Source: Trypanosoma brucei
Taxonomy: Eukaryota
Reading direction: 5' to 3'
Assembly (NCBI GenBank): GCA_000002445.1
Contig: CM000208.1
Location: 1,632,001 to 1,696,000 of the forward strand
DNA length: 64,000 nt
Within the stretch, counting starts at the first letter, position 1. Every line of letters begins with the position of its first letter. Below are positions 43,310-54,089 of the stretch, one piece after another. Under the pieces are notes generated by a model. That model was not told the origin of the DNA. It made no database searches and saw nothing but the letters and a program-made list of their open reading frames with translations. The position numbers and the translations under genes were made by a program.

Positions 43310-45016
43310 ATGGAGGAGACGTACAGTCCCTTTACGGGACGTCAAGGCCAGTACAATCAGGGCTACAATGGTGGAGGGCGACGAGATAGCCGCGGCGGTA
43401 TGGGAGAAAGAATAAAACCCGTTGACTGGGGGAATGTTTCTCTCGTTCCCGGAAACTGGAAGGTTCTCGATGGTAAGGCGATCAAAAAGGCAGGGGAGAT
43501 AAAGACATCCACCCCAGAAGCGGGACAACTCAGCGAGGAGGAGGCGACGAAATGGCGAGAAGAACATGTGATCACCATATTTGGTGATGATTGTCCTCCA
43601 CCTATGTCATCGTTTGATCACCTGTGTGGAATCGTTCCACCATACCTTCTAAAGAAGCTCACCGCCCAGAATTTCACTGCACCAACTCCCGTGCAAGCGC
43701 AGTCATGGCCCGTTCTTCTATCTGGTCGTGACCTTGTGGGGGTTGCGAAGACAGGCTCCGGAAAGACGCTTGGCTTCATGGTTCCTGCCCTCGCCCACAT
43801 TGCAGTGCAGGAACCCCTACGCTCCGGTGACGGTCCAATGGTTGTTGTACTGGCTCCCACCCGCGAACTTGCTCAGCAGATTGAAGAAGAAACAAAAAAG
43901 GTTATCCCCGGGGACGTGTATTGCGGTTGCGTTTATGGAGGAGCACCAAAAGGACCCCAGCTTGGGTTGCTGCGGAGAGGTGTGCACATTCTCGTCGCCA
44001 CACCAGGTCGTTTGATAGACTTCTTGGATATTAAACGCATTAACTTGCATCGTGTCACCTATCTCGTTCTAGATGAAGCAGATCGCATGCTTGATATGGG
44101 ATTTGAGCCGCAGGTTCGCAAAATATGCGGCCAGATAAGGCCAGACCGGCAGACAGTCATGTTCTCCGCCACTTGGCCACGTGAGATTCAGCGACTGGCA
44201 GCAGAATTTCAGAAGCAGTGGATACGCATCAGTGTGGGCAGTACGGAACTTCAGGCTAACAAGGACGTCACTCAGCGTTTCATTCTCACACAAGAGTTTG
44301 CGAAGCAGGACGAGTTGAGGAAGCTCATGCAAGAACATCGGGAGGAACGCGTGCTGGTTTTCTGCAAGATGAAGCGGACTGCGGATGAGCTGGAGCGGCA
44401 ACTAAGACGATGGGGCTACGACGCAATGGCTATTCATGGTGACAAGGAGCAGCGGCAGAGGGAGTTCATCCTAGCGAGGTTCCGTAAAGATCCACGATTG
44501 TGCCTTGTCGCCACAGACGTTGCTGCTCGAGGTCTGGACATCAAACAATTGGAAACTGTTATAAACTACGACTTCCCCATGCAGATCGACGACTACGTAC
44601 ATCGTATTGGCCGCACAGGCCGTGCAGGCGCGAAGGGAGATGCGTTTACGCTTATCACGAAGAAGGAGGCTCAAATAACACCTTCAGTGTTGAAGGAACT
44701 TATTGGGATCCTGGAGCGCGCACAACAGGAAATACCTGATTGGATGATCGAATGGAACGCGCAACAGCCGAGATACCAGGTGAAGCGGAATCGCGGTATG
44801 AACGGGTTTGGAAGACATCAAAGCGCCCCCTTCCTGCGTAACGGTCACCGCCCATCGTTCTCAGCGAACGGGAATTATAGTGCTCACGGAAATGGTACAT
44901 TTGGCCTTGGAAAGCACAACGACGACGCTGTTCCCTTCTCGTCATCCGCTATTCAATACAAGCGATTTGACAGTGACGACGAGGCGGAACCGTCCCGCAA
45001 GAAATACGCGAGATAG
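43310..45016 (+). CDS. ATP-dependent DEAD-box RNA helicase (DDX5/DDX17/Dbp2-like)
   Basis: All DEAD-box motifs are present: Q-motif region, motif I AKTGSGKTLGF, Ia PTRELAQQI, II DEADRMLD, III SAT, and VI HRIGRTGRAG. A C-terminal G/N/F-rich tail follows. Confidence 0.95.
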   Translation: MEETYSPFTGRQGQYNQGYNGGGRRDSRGGMGERIKPVDWGNVSLVPGNWKVLDGKAIKKAGEIKTSTPEAGQLSEEEATKWREEHVITIFGDDCPPPMSSFDHLCGIVPPYLLKKLTAQNFTAPTPVQAQSWPVLLSGRDLVGVAKTGSGKTLGFMVPALAHIAVQEPLRSGDGPMVVVLAPTRELAQQIEEETKKVIPGDVYCGCVYGGAPKGPQLGLLRRGVHILVATPGRLIDFLDIKRINLHRVTYLVLDEADRMLDMGFEPQVRKICGQIRPDRQTVMFSATWPREIQRLAAEFQKQWIRISVGSTELQANKDVTQRFILTQEFAKQDELRKLMQEHREERVLVFCKMKRTADELERQLRRWGYDAMAIHGDKEQRQREFILARFRKDPRLCLVATDVAARGLDIKQLETVINYDFPMQIDDYVHRIGRTGRAGAKGDAFTLITKKEAQITPSVLKELIGILERAQQEIPDWMIEWNAQQPRYQVKRNRGMNGFGRHQSAPFLRNGHRPSFSANGNYSAHGNGTFGLGKHNDDAVPFSSSAIQYKRFDSDDEAEPSRKKYAR

Positions 45017-45656
45017 GCGGAATCCGTTTTTCAACCGAAATCACGATACATGTTGAGCCAGCACCAGCAGTGACTGATGATGAAGGGGAAAATGGAAGAT
45101 TTTTTGATCAACAGCTAGTAAGTTAACGAGTAATACGCAATGAAAAGCGATCGAATTCCATGAATTGTTCCGGAAGTGAGAACAGTAGGTATATATATAT
45201 TTATATACGTAATGAATATGGAAGGAACTGGTAAAGGAAAGTAGTATCGTTCAACAAAGTAACCTTTAAAAAAATTGTAACGAAGGAAATGTGCACTTCT
45301 CTTCTTTGAGTGCAGGTGAATCGCTTGACGTTCCTCATTAAATACGGGGAAATGAGAATCTGTAGTGGATGAGTGTAAGCTCCGTCTCTGACAGAATCTA
45401 CCGGATTTTTGTGACGACACTTGCAAGAAGCTTGTCGATCCTCTTTTCATGTGTGTTGTAGACATTTCCCCACTCGGCTCTTTCTGCGCATCCTTTTTCA
45501 AATAATTACACTAAGACAAATGTTGTGCTATACAACAATAAGAGGGTGTTGCATCGCGCTTAAAAACGTTTGTGAACTCCATTGCCGCTCCTGCTATCAT
45601 GCTAATCCCTTTGTTACCCTAATTTACCATGAGATAGGGAGGCGCTACGTTAGCAT

Positions 45657-46418
45657 ATGAATACTATGCAGGGAATTATGAGAGATCTGCGGATGGTTAT
45701 GTCCCCCTTTCTTCTTGTTCTCGTTGTCGCAATTTCCACACCGGCCAGTGCTGCCCGTTTCTTGCTGCAAAACACTCAGCCAATATGCTTTGTTGAGGAG
45801 GTAGGAGAGGACACGCGGTTCTTGACGGGTGTTTACACGCGCAGTGACTCTCTGCCCTATCCACCTACTGTTAAAATGACCATCAAGTCACCGAGTGGCT
45901 CGGTGACGTGGGAGGGCAAAGTTGTGGCAGGAACAAACTCTTTCAGCGCTCCTGTCTCAGCTGGGTCCATTGGCAAGTATCAGATTTGTGTGAGTGTGAG
46001 CACATGGGGATTTAGGGCTTCAGATGATGGATCATCTGTTGTTATGGACGTTAACATTGACCAGAAAACAACTGTAATATCCAAGACGGAAGTGCCTATG
46101 CTGAAGAGACAGAATGTGGGGGGTATGGAAGTGTTCACTTTCCGAGACTTTGGGGGCCAACAAAAGGATATCTTGCGTCCACCAGAATACTTTAAACGCG
46201 TTGAAGGTGCGCTGTCGAAGCTGTTGATGCAGGTGAAAGACGTTAGTTCCGGTATTGATCACAACATTGAGCGTTTCTCACGCATGTTTACCACTTCAGA
46301 AAACACCCACAAGCGCATATGGGCGTTTGGTGTGCTTACCGTGCTGGTCACGATCGCCACCATATGGCTGCAGTTCCGCCTACTGAAGTCCACTCTGCGG
46401 GAGAAGAAGTTGGTGTGA
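45657..46418 (+). CDS. p24/emp24/gp25L family cargo receptor (GOLD domain)
   Basis: A signal peptide (FLLVLVVAISTPASA) is followed by the p24 hallmarks ICFVEEVGED and YQICVS (the CF.EE and Y.FCF motifs). A coiled region, a single C-terminal TM (IWAFGVLTVLVTIATIW) and a cytosolic tail ending KKLV complete the fold. Confidence 0.75.
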   Translation: MNTMQGIMRDLRMVMSPFLLVLVVAISTPASAARFLLQNTQPICFVEEVGEDTRFLTGVYTRSDSLPYPPTVKMTIKSPSGSVTWEGKVVAGTNSFSAPVSAGSIGKYQICVSVSTWGFRASDDGSSVVMDVNIDQKTTVISKTEVPMLKRQNVGGMEVFTFRDFGGQQKDILRPPEYFKRVEGALSKLLMQVKDVSSGIDHNIERFSRMFTTSENTHKRIWAFGVLTVLVTIATIWLQFRLLKSTLREKKLV

Positions 46419-47143
46419 TGCCCTTATGATATGACTCCTTTCTCTTCTCCCGCATGGGGTTTGGAGACCGGAAGTGTACTCCTTTAACTCCTAAATAGCA
46501 AGTGAAGCGTGAAAGTAAGGAACGACGAAGAAGCCAAGGGGTGGAGTTATCATTTTTTTTTACCTTCTGGTGGGGCGTAGTTCCTTTAAAACTTGTGAAT
46601 TTTTCTTACCCGATGGTAGAAGTGATAGAACACAAGCGAAGAGGAAATGAGAGACGCGTAGCAAAAGGTTTATAAAAGGAGGAGACTGGCTCTGCCTTGG
46701 TTTGTGTGTGTGACGGCGGAGGGAAGAGGATGAAAAGGGGGAGCGTTGTTTCGTTATTTACGTTTTTTGCAATTTCCAGGTGTGTTTTTCTTGTTTCAAG
46801 AGGGAGGCTTAGGATACCGCAGAAAATGCGACACTAGACCTACTTGCCCACACGCCACAACGAGGGTGGAAGGCAGCAGTACAAAGGTAACACTTAACGA
46901 GCACGGACCAACTATGAAAAAAAAAACAAAGATAACACTGTTCGTCTTACAAGCGACTTCTCCAATGTCTGGTGTCACTGGGATACCTCTCCACCTCATT
47001 CGCCACCGCGATAAACTCATTTATCGAGCAGAACTTCAACACTTGGCTCTTTTAATTTCCTGATGAATTTATGGGACTTGATAGAAATCTAGGTTAGAGA
47101 AAACGTCGGTTATATTGCCGTGTCCAGTCTAAGGAAACAATGA

Positions 47144-47792
47144 GCGATGGGCGATATTTGGCTCTCATCTCTGTGTGATGACATCACTAAGCGTTTCTGA
47201 CGGAATTCGTATGCTGAACACATAACAAACGCAAATCACTCCACACTGATAACAGCTCCGCAGGCCCCAATCCCTTACCGTACATTCGCAATGAGGCAAA
47301 CGATGAAAAAATAAATGGATCGCTGACTCTGAACACATTATCTGATTGACAGGACATTTCTTTGACTATACCTCTGAATTGTGCCCCACTTCTCTCTCCA
47401 TTCCTCCCTCTTTCTGTTGGTTTCCCCCCCCCCCCCTCCTGCTGCTGCCACTACTATTCCTCCAGGTGTCTATTGCTCCTGGTGCATTACCATTAACTGC
47501 GGTATGATTACAAAGCAATTTTATCCTCACCCTGACGTGAGTGGTTCTGTGACGAGAAACCGATTGACAATAATACCAAGATCTGCTATGAGCCCGTGAT
47601 GTTGTGTGCAGACGCTGTATTAATCCCGCCCCGTATGGCAAACTCATGCCCGGGGCGATTCATGCACAGCGGAGATGCGTATTGTCTCACTTCCCCTTAT
47701 CGTAAAGTCCACTTTCTTTCCTGTTGCGTGCCTGTTTCAAATGTACGCCCGCGCGGTTTTGTGAATGAGGCTCCCCATTCCGCTGTTGTTGC
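47144..47792. repeat. 649-bp interspersed direct repeat, copy A (upstream of BUD31)
   Basis: Near-identical to 49156..49803 at an offset of 2011-2012 bp. It contains a C13 homopolymer at 47424..47436. The flanks diverge immediately outside the boundaries. Confidence 0.9.
47168..47255 (+). ncRNA. candidate C/D-box snoRNA inside repeat copy A (speculative)
   Basis: A perfect C box GUGAUGA sits at 47175..47181. CUGA D'/D-like boxes lie at 47197, 47214 and 47246. The ~85-nt span is typical of trypanosomatid C/D snoRNAs. The same motifs occur in copy B at +2012. No terminal stem or rRNA complementarity was verified. Confidence 0.2.
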
Positions 47793-48104
47793 GGGGTAAT
47801 CTGGTTTTGTGCGTGGCGGGTGCTTGCGCTGCGTTTAGTAGACGTTAACCGATGGAGTTGTTACAAACCCCCCATTTATTCGGATTCGCTATTCCGCAGG
47901 GCGGTGGTTTAGCTCTTCGAGCACATTTGTAGTGCGGGGCGGTGCTGTTACTGCTACTGAGGTGGCTCACTGCTTGTTTAACCACGGTGCCCACTTTTTT
48001 TTCCTTTTTTTGACACCTTAGCTCTCCTCTTCTTCACTTTCGCGTTCTTCCGTTTTCAGGTTAGGAGCTGTGTAGTAAACCAACGAGTATTTTTTTTTTT
48101 AGGG

Positions 48105-48830
48105 ATGCCGAAAATCCGCCCAGGAATGAAGCGGCCGCCACCGGGGTTTGAAAAAATCAATGACAAACTTGACGAATACGACGCAGAGATGCGACTGGCT
48201 CTTTCTGAGGACCCTTCCCAGGCTGAACTACCGGTGCCGTCCAAACGAAAGGACAAACAAAATAAGGTTGAAGCGACTAAAGACAAGCATGCTCAAAGTG
48301 TACAGCGCGGTGATGGTGGTGTAGCGGGCCACTCGGACGGCGAATTAGACAAACCGGAACCCCCCTTGTGGCGAGTGGCGCGAATCAATCGGGAGCGCAC
48401 ACGTTATGTGTTTAATGCGTGTTTCCGAGAGCGGATAATTGCGGAGGAGGTTCTCGACTACTGCTGTGAGATGAATTTCATTGATGCTGGTCTCGTTCGG
48501 CGCTGGTCACTTGCTGGGTATGAACGGCTGTGTTGCAATACTTGCTGCTTACCGGGAGCTGCTAGTGAAGCGGCTCGTATGGTGAATAAGTTTGCAAACC
48601 GTGACAAAAAAGATCGGCGCACTAATGGTAATGATGACACCGGGGGTACCTGCATTTGCCGCGTGCCCGATGAGAAGCGTCTGGCCAAGGCGTTCACTAG
48701 GTGTATGGTGTGTGGGTGCTCTGGTTGTGGTTCGGGGGGTAAGCGCAAGCACGACACCGAGGAAAAAGATAGTGTATCCGACATGAAAAAAGTACGCACG
48801 GACGACTACGAGGTGAAATCGGGTAAATAG
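48105..48830 (+). CDS. BUD31: BUD31/G10 pre-mRNA splicing factor
   Basis: N-terminal MPKIRPGMKRPPPGFEKINDKLDEYDAEMR and C-terminal Cys cluster CCNTCC...CICRVPDEKRL...CMVCGCSGCGSG match the G10/BUD31 family. Confidence 0.9.
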   Translation: MPKIRPGMKRPPPGFEKINDKLDEYDAEMRLALSEDPSQAELPVPSKRKDKQNKVEATKDKHAQSVQRGDGGVAGHSDGELDKPEPPLWRVARINRERTRYVFNACFRERIIAEEVLDYCCEMNFIDAGLVRRWSLAGYERLCCNTCCLPGAASEAARMVNKFANRDKKDRRTNGNDDTGGTCICRVPDEKRLAKAFTRCMVCGCSGCGSGGKRKHDTEEKDSVSDMKKVRTDDYEVKSGK

Positions 48831-49155
48831 TGAAGGATTTGACATTTTTTTTTTCCCCCTCCCGGAAAGTCGTTGCACCAATTGTGAATGAACTTCTTAT
48901 TCTTCGTATGCCCCCTCCCTTTTGTTGGGGTACCCACAAACCCCATCTGTTTCAAAACGGAGCATCCTTTTGTGCCTTTCATTTGCGCACCAACTGCAAT
49001 GGTAAATATTCTTTCACTGCCCATTTTGTGTATGAGAAAGTAAGATTGCTGGCTGGTAGCTCAGTAGCTCAGACAAACTTGTCGCTGTCGGCCTGCAGAA
49101 CGGCTCACGCCGGTGCCACGTTCGGGCGGGGGAACGGTGAAATTGGCTTCATTAC

Positions 49156-49803
49156 GCGATGGGCGATATTTGGCTCTCATCTCTGTGTGATGACATCACT
49201 AAGCGTTTCTGACGGAATTCGTATGCTGAACACATAACAAACGCAAATCACTCCACACTGATAACAGCTCCGCAGGCCCCAATCCCTTACCGTACATTCG
49301 CAATGAGGCAAACGATGAAAAAATAAATGGATCGCTGACTCTGAACACATTATCTGATTGACAGGACATTTCTTTGACTATACCTCTGAATTGTGCCCCA
49401 CTTCTCTCTCCATTCCTCCCTCTTTCTGTTGGTTTCCCCCCCCCCCCTCCTGCTGCTGCCACTACTATTCCTCCAGGTGTCTATTGCTCCTGGTGCATTA
49501 CCATTAACTGCGGTATGATTACAAAGCAATTTTATCCTCACCCTGACGTGAGTGGTTCTGTGACGAGAAACCGATTGACAATAATACCAAGATCTGCTAT
49601 GAGCCCGTGATGTTGTGTGCAGACGCTGTATTAATCCCGCCCCGTATGGCAAACTCATGCCCGGGGCGATTCATGCACAGCGGAGATGCGTATTGTCTCA
49701 CTTCCCCTTATCGTAAAGTCCACTTTCTTTCCTGTTGCGTGCCTGTTTCAAATGTACGCCCGCGCGGTTTTGTGAATGAGGCTCCCCATTCCGCTGTTGT
49801 TGC
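49156..49803. repeat. 649-bp interspersed direct repeat, copy B (downstream of BUD31)
   Basis: Near-identical to 47144..47792. The poly-C run is C12 here versus C13 in copy A. Confidence 0.9.
49180..49267 (+). ncRNA. candidate C/D-box snoRNA inside repeat copy B (speculative)
   Basis: Same GUGAUGA (49187..49193) and CUGA motifs as copy A. Confidence 0.2.
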
Positions 49804-50064
49804 CGCCTCTTCCCTCCCAAGAGTTGGGGTTGAGCATCATATGGTGGTTCTTGAGCAGTATTCTATCCCCCTTATTCCCTCATTCTTTCTTCCTTATCAT
49901 ATATGCCCGTTTTGTGTTATTTTGTAAATGTGGGTGTTCCAATGAAGTAATAACTCTAGAAGCAACCTGGGCGATCCGGGTTACCGTGTTGACTAAAACT
50001 ATCAGCCGTTGTTTTTGCCCACAGAAATCTTGTTGCAGGAGAGGGGTCCGAGTGGTTTTGAGGC

Positions 50065-50442
50065 ATGATGGAGGACGATGAGGGTTTGGATGGGCAGCAG
50101 GAAGTGAGGGAAGTTGTAAAGGAGCGTCCCGTTAGGCTAACCAGCATTGTGCGGCATGACTGCTCCAAGTCCTTCGCTAACGATGTTCTTGAGATGGCCA
50201 ACGTCGTTCTTGACAACTTGCCTGCCGATCGTATGTATAAGGATGTTGCCACTCTCCTTAAGCGGCAGTTGGACGAAACTCAAAAGGGCACATGGCACGT
50301 CATCGCAGGGTCGCATTTCGGTGCGAATGTGACAAACGACGCAGAAACCATGGTGAACCTAAAGATCGACGATATGTATGTTCTTGTGTTTCGTTCTGGC
50401 CCTCCAGACCGTCCGCTAAATGCGAATGATGCAAAGGAGTAA
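50065..50442 (+). CDS. dynein light chain LC8-type (DYNLL) with N-terminal acidic extension
   Basis: C-terminal core TWHVIAGSHFGANVTNDAETMVNLKIDDMYVLVFRSG matches the LC8 family (WHCIVG..FGS.VTHE...F.......LLFKSG). Confidence 0.85.
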   Translation: MMEDDEGLDGQQEVREVVKERPVRLTSIVRHDCSKSFANDVLEMANVVLDNLPADRMYKDVATLLKRQLDETQKGTWHVIAGSHFGANVTNDAETMVNLKIDDMYVLVFRSGPPDRPLNANDAKE

Positions 50443-50965
50443 TCGACGAATGTATTTACTTGTTGAGTGTGCTCGCGTGATGATCGTTTGAAGTAGGCAA
50501 GGCGTTCGCCTGCTTGACGTTATCCATCGGCTGCGGGATTTTTCTTTTCTTTTTTCTCATTCTTTTTGACGCCGTTGCGTTCGGTGTTTTGGATGGACTT
50601 TGAACCAAGGGGATTAAACGGATTGCTAGAGTTAGAGAATCTTTCCCGTGCTGTACCACTTAAGTTACGCTTATACCTACTAGGGACCTTACAGCCTTTG
50701 TCCCGTGGAGCATGTACCGTATACCGGAGAACAAGGAAATGTGAGAACCCGTCTTTGGACACACGTACTGGGGTGCATATATATATATATATATAGTGCA
50801 TTTTTGTGAGAGCCTTTAACCCTCATCTTCCCTTTGACCGATTTCTCGCATTGCTCCGTTTGTGATATATCTTAGCTTTAAAGTTTTTAAGTTTAGCTGG
50901 TTGTTGGCGTTTGCTACAGGTGGGGGGAGTAGCATCATTCTCTGCAAAAGAGAAAACACCCTCCA

Positions 50966-53188
50966 ATGCAGCCACTACAGGCAACCGAACAGACAAAGAA
51001 GAAGCTGAAGTCGTTCGGTAAAAACCGGCGTGAGATTAGGGTGCGCACCACCTATGATGAAAAGGGCAACTGGATGGCCGTGAACAACCCGGACAAGCTG
51101 AGGCAAACGGAGTGCCCAGCTCTTGACCGTTACTATCGTGACCTTCAGCGGTTGTGTACGCCACAGGAGTGGGGCGATGAAATGGCGCTGTTCCGCCAAC
51201 CACTTCCCACTACATTTTGGATCAATGACACGGATCCCTTAGCCCCCGAAATTAGTCGCTATTTCGAATCGCTGCCTGACACAGTAGTCGAGGCTATTCC
51301 GTGGTACCCGATTCGCGGGATGGCGTGGCGTATAAAGGCTGGGAAGACTGAATTTCGGCGTCCCGAAATGAAGGAATTACGGAGTTTTTTAATTCGTCAT
51401 ACTGCCATTGGGACTGTATCGCGGCAGGAAGAGGTGTCGATGCTCCCGCCTTTCTTGTTGGACATTCAACCCACGGACAAATGCCTTGATATGTGCGCAT
51501 CCCCAGGCTCAAAAACAGCTCAAATTCTTGTTTCGTTGGGGCGGCATAAGGTTGTACCTCATGATAGTGATGCCTCACCCTTTCCGTTCGACTACGACAG
51601 CGAGGGGCTTGTGGTCGCTAATGATATTGACACCAAGCGAGCCAACATGCTGGTGCACCAAGTTAAGCGTATGAGGTTGCTATTCCCGTTTGCACTCTTT
51701 ACCAATCATGACGCACAATTCTTCCCCAATATGGTGTTGACCCCTGGAGAAGCGCAACCCCACACATGTGGACAGCAAACTACCGGCGATGATGGCGCCA
51801 CCGAGCTTCGGTTTGATAAAATACTTTGTGACGTTGTCTGTTCTGGTGACGGAACAATCCGCAAAGCTCCACACATACTCAAGATGTGGTCGCCCCGGGA
51901 GGCTATATCGCTGCAGAAGGTGCAGATTCAAATAGCATTGCGTGCCTGTCACCTTCTTCGCGTCGGCGGTCGCCTTGTCTACAGCACGTGCTCTATGAAT
52001 CCCATAGAAAATGAGGCGGTTGTAGCGCAGATTATCCACCGCACGAAAGGGGCTATGAAACTTATTGACTGCTCCTCGTTGCTCCCCGGGTTGCGGTTCA
52101 CCCCGGGTCTCCAAAAGTGGGTGGTGACGAACTCAAAGGGCAATGTGGTGGAAGCTCCATGCCAGGAAGCACACGAAGCACTCTTCCCGCCTGGAACGCC
52201 AGGGGCCTATTCGTCGGATGCGGTTGATGCTATGGACTTGCGCCTGTGTTTGCGACTGCTTCCTTCCCATTGCAACGGCGGCGCATTCTTCATTGCAGTG
52301 CTCAGCAAAGTTTCTGAGTTCCGCTTCCATAAGCATGACGAAACAACGCAGCCAGCTATCACGGTGCCGGCGCACTCTGCCCGCATTTTTGAACGCGAAG
52401 ACAACACATCAGTCGACACGGAAGTTACTCAGGATGGCCTCCCTTTAGGAAAAAGAGAAAGAGAGGAAAACGCACTCGACTTGGCCAAAGATGAGGTTCG
52501 CGGGAGAGGTGTTCCTCCGCAATTTGTTGCAGCTCCGGAGCCCATTATCAACGTCATAACGGACTTTTACCGTGTATCTAGCTTTCCGACGCGTCTGCTT
52601 GTCGTTCGTACAGCAAATGGGCAACGGGAGCTGAAACTTTCCGGTGGGTCTGTCTGCTCCATTGTTTCGCGCTCTGCTCTCGAGGTTTTGCAGCATAAGA
52701 CGGACACTCTTATTGTGGTAAGCGCTGGCCTTCGTGTTTTCGCCCACGAAAATCTTGACGGCGGCTGGCGCATTGCCAGTGAGTCGGCTGTTCTCTTTTC
52801 CAAACTAATGTCCCAGTCCCCGCGACGGCTGTGCGTTCACGTAAGTTTGGTGGAGCGCCTTTTGCAAGGAGGAAAGCTAAAAGACATTCCCTTTAATGAT
52901 ATTGAAGACGAGGCGGTACGTTTCCAGTTGGAGTCAATGGATATTGGCACTGTTCTGCTGAAAATTGAAGCCCCCGGTGCGGTCGGAGGTGTTCTTTACT
53001 CCGTGGCGCTGAGGGCACGTAAGCGGTTGCAGTTATTAGTGGACCAGGAGGACATCGTGGGATTGAGACTGCGGTTGGGACTCCCCGCGACGGAGGCAGC
53101 AAAGGTGGAGGATACCAACGCACAACAGGGGGAGGGTGGTGTTATACCTGCTGATTGCGCGGAGGAAGGGGCGGAGCGCATTCCTTAA
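50966..53188 (+). CDS. NOL1/NOP2/Sun-family RNA (cytosine-5)-methyltransferase (NSUN2/Trm4-like)
   Basis: SAM-binding motif I DMCASPGSKT, motif IV FDKILCDVVCSGDGTIRK, and motif VI TCS (LVYSTCSMNPIENE) carrying the catalytic Cys. Overall length and architecture resemble Trm4/NSUN2. Confidence 0.85.
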   Translation: MQPLQATEQTKKKLKSFGKNRREIRVRTTYDEKGNWMAVNNPDKLRQTECPALDRYYRDLQRLCTPQEWGDEMALFRQPLPTTFWINDTDPLAPEISRYFESLPDTVVEAIPWYPIRGMAWRIKAGKTEFRRPEMKELRSFLIRHTAIGTVSRQEEVSMLPPFLLDIQPTDKCLDMCASPGSKTAQILVSLGRHKVVPHDSDASPFPFDYDSEGLVVANDIDTKRANMLVHQVKRMRLLFPFALFTNHDAQFFPNMVLTPGEAQPHTCGQQTTGDDGATELRFDKILCDVVCSGDGTIRKAPHILKMWSPREAISLQKVQIQIALRACHLLRVGGRLVYSTCSMNPIENEAVVAQIIHRTKGAMKLIDCSSLLPGLRFTPGLQKWVVTNSKGNVVEAPCQEAHEALFPPGTPGAYSSDAVDAMDLRLCLRLLPSHCNGGAFFIAVLSKVSEFRFHKHDETTQPAITVPAHSARIFEREDNTSVDTEVTQDGLPLGKREREENALDLAKDEVRGRGVPPQFVAAPEPIINVITDFYRVSSFPTRLLVVRTANGQRELKLSGGSVCSIVSRSALEVLQHKTDTLIVVSAGLRVFAHENLDGGWRIASESAVLFSKLMSQSPRRLCVHVSLVERLLQGGKLKDIPFNDIEDEAVRFQLESMDIGTVLLKIEAPGAVGGVLYSVALRARKRLQLLVDQEDIVGLRLRLGLPATEAAKVEDTNAQQGEGGVIPADCAEEGAERIP

Positions 53189-54089
53189 TAAAAAGGGAGG
53201 GAGGGAAAAGCAGTTGCAGTTTTGTTGTACACCAGCGACTTGCCCACGAATGAGAGCGCAACTGTGTGCACGTGTGTGTGATATCGTGTTCAAAACCGTG
53301 CGTGGCCACACTTGCGCGTAGTTGAATTGGTATAATTTAAGAATCGTAACATTAAGCGATTAAAGCTTTCAATGTGGACCCCTCATTCCTCTTCTTTCTT
53401 TGGACTTCTTTTCTCTTCCTGCTTTTATTCGTGTGGCGCAGTCGTGCGCTTAACATATCCGTCTGCGGGTTTATTTTGTTTCTGCTGTTGCCTTCGTGTT
53501 TCTCGCGAATTTAAGGCAGTCTGTGTTTAACTATGATGCCTCATTTCGGTTCTCCCGAATTTCTCTTTTCCATCTGTTTTCATTTCGTTCGGCCCCTGCT
53601 GTTTGCGAACGATGCGTGCCCATTTGTCTGCTCGCACACGCAAACAAGGAGTGTAGCGGGTGCAATTGTGGATACGGAGAACAGGTCCGGCCAGCCGTTT
53701 GATCTTTTTCGTCTTTTTGAATCGCCAAGCATATAAAAAACGGGAGCCTCAGGTGTTGAAAATTCTGCACGAGGCACAGTATATACACACATTTTATTTA
53801 TTTGTGCGCGCTCGCAAGCGGATCTAGGGGATAAGGTGCAAATCGCATCGAGTAAGTCACAAAGTAGGGGGGAAAGCGCAAAAACATCGAGTGAGGTGAC
53901 GGCCTTTGGTATCTGTTTACCCCCTTTTTGCTGAAGGAGGGAAATAGTTTCGAAGAAGAGACATTTCCTCTCACGATTGTGTACAAGTATACCTTACAAG
54001 CCATACAATAATTGAAGACTTGGGGATAGATAGATTTTTTTTTCGTTTTAGTTTCACGCACAAAACGGCTTTTCCGTTCCCGTCCAGGT

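Noticed and set aside
47144-49803. Possibility that the 649-bp repeats are RIME/ingi/SIRE-type retroposons or a CRISPR-like array
   Set aside because: There is no terminal poly(A), no target-site duplication and no ORF with RT motifs. There are only two copies separated by a gene, which is not a regular short-spacer array, and CRISPR is irrelevant in a eukaryote. The family was not recognised from memory, so a dispersed-repeat identity remains unverified rather than excluded.
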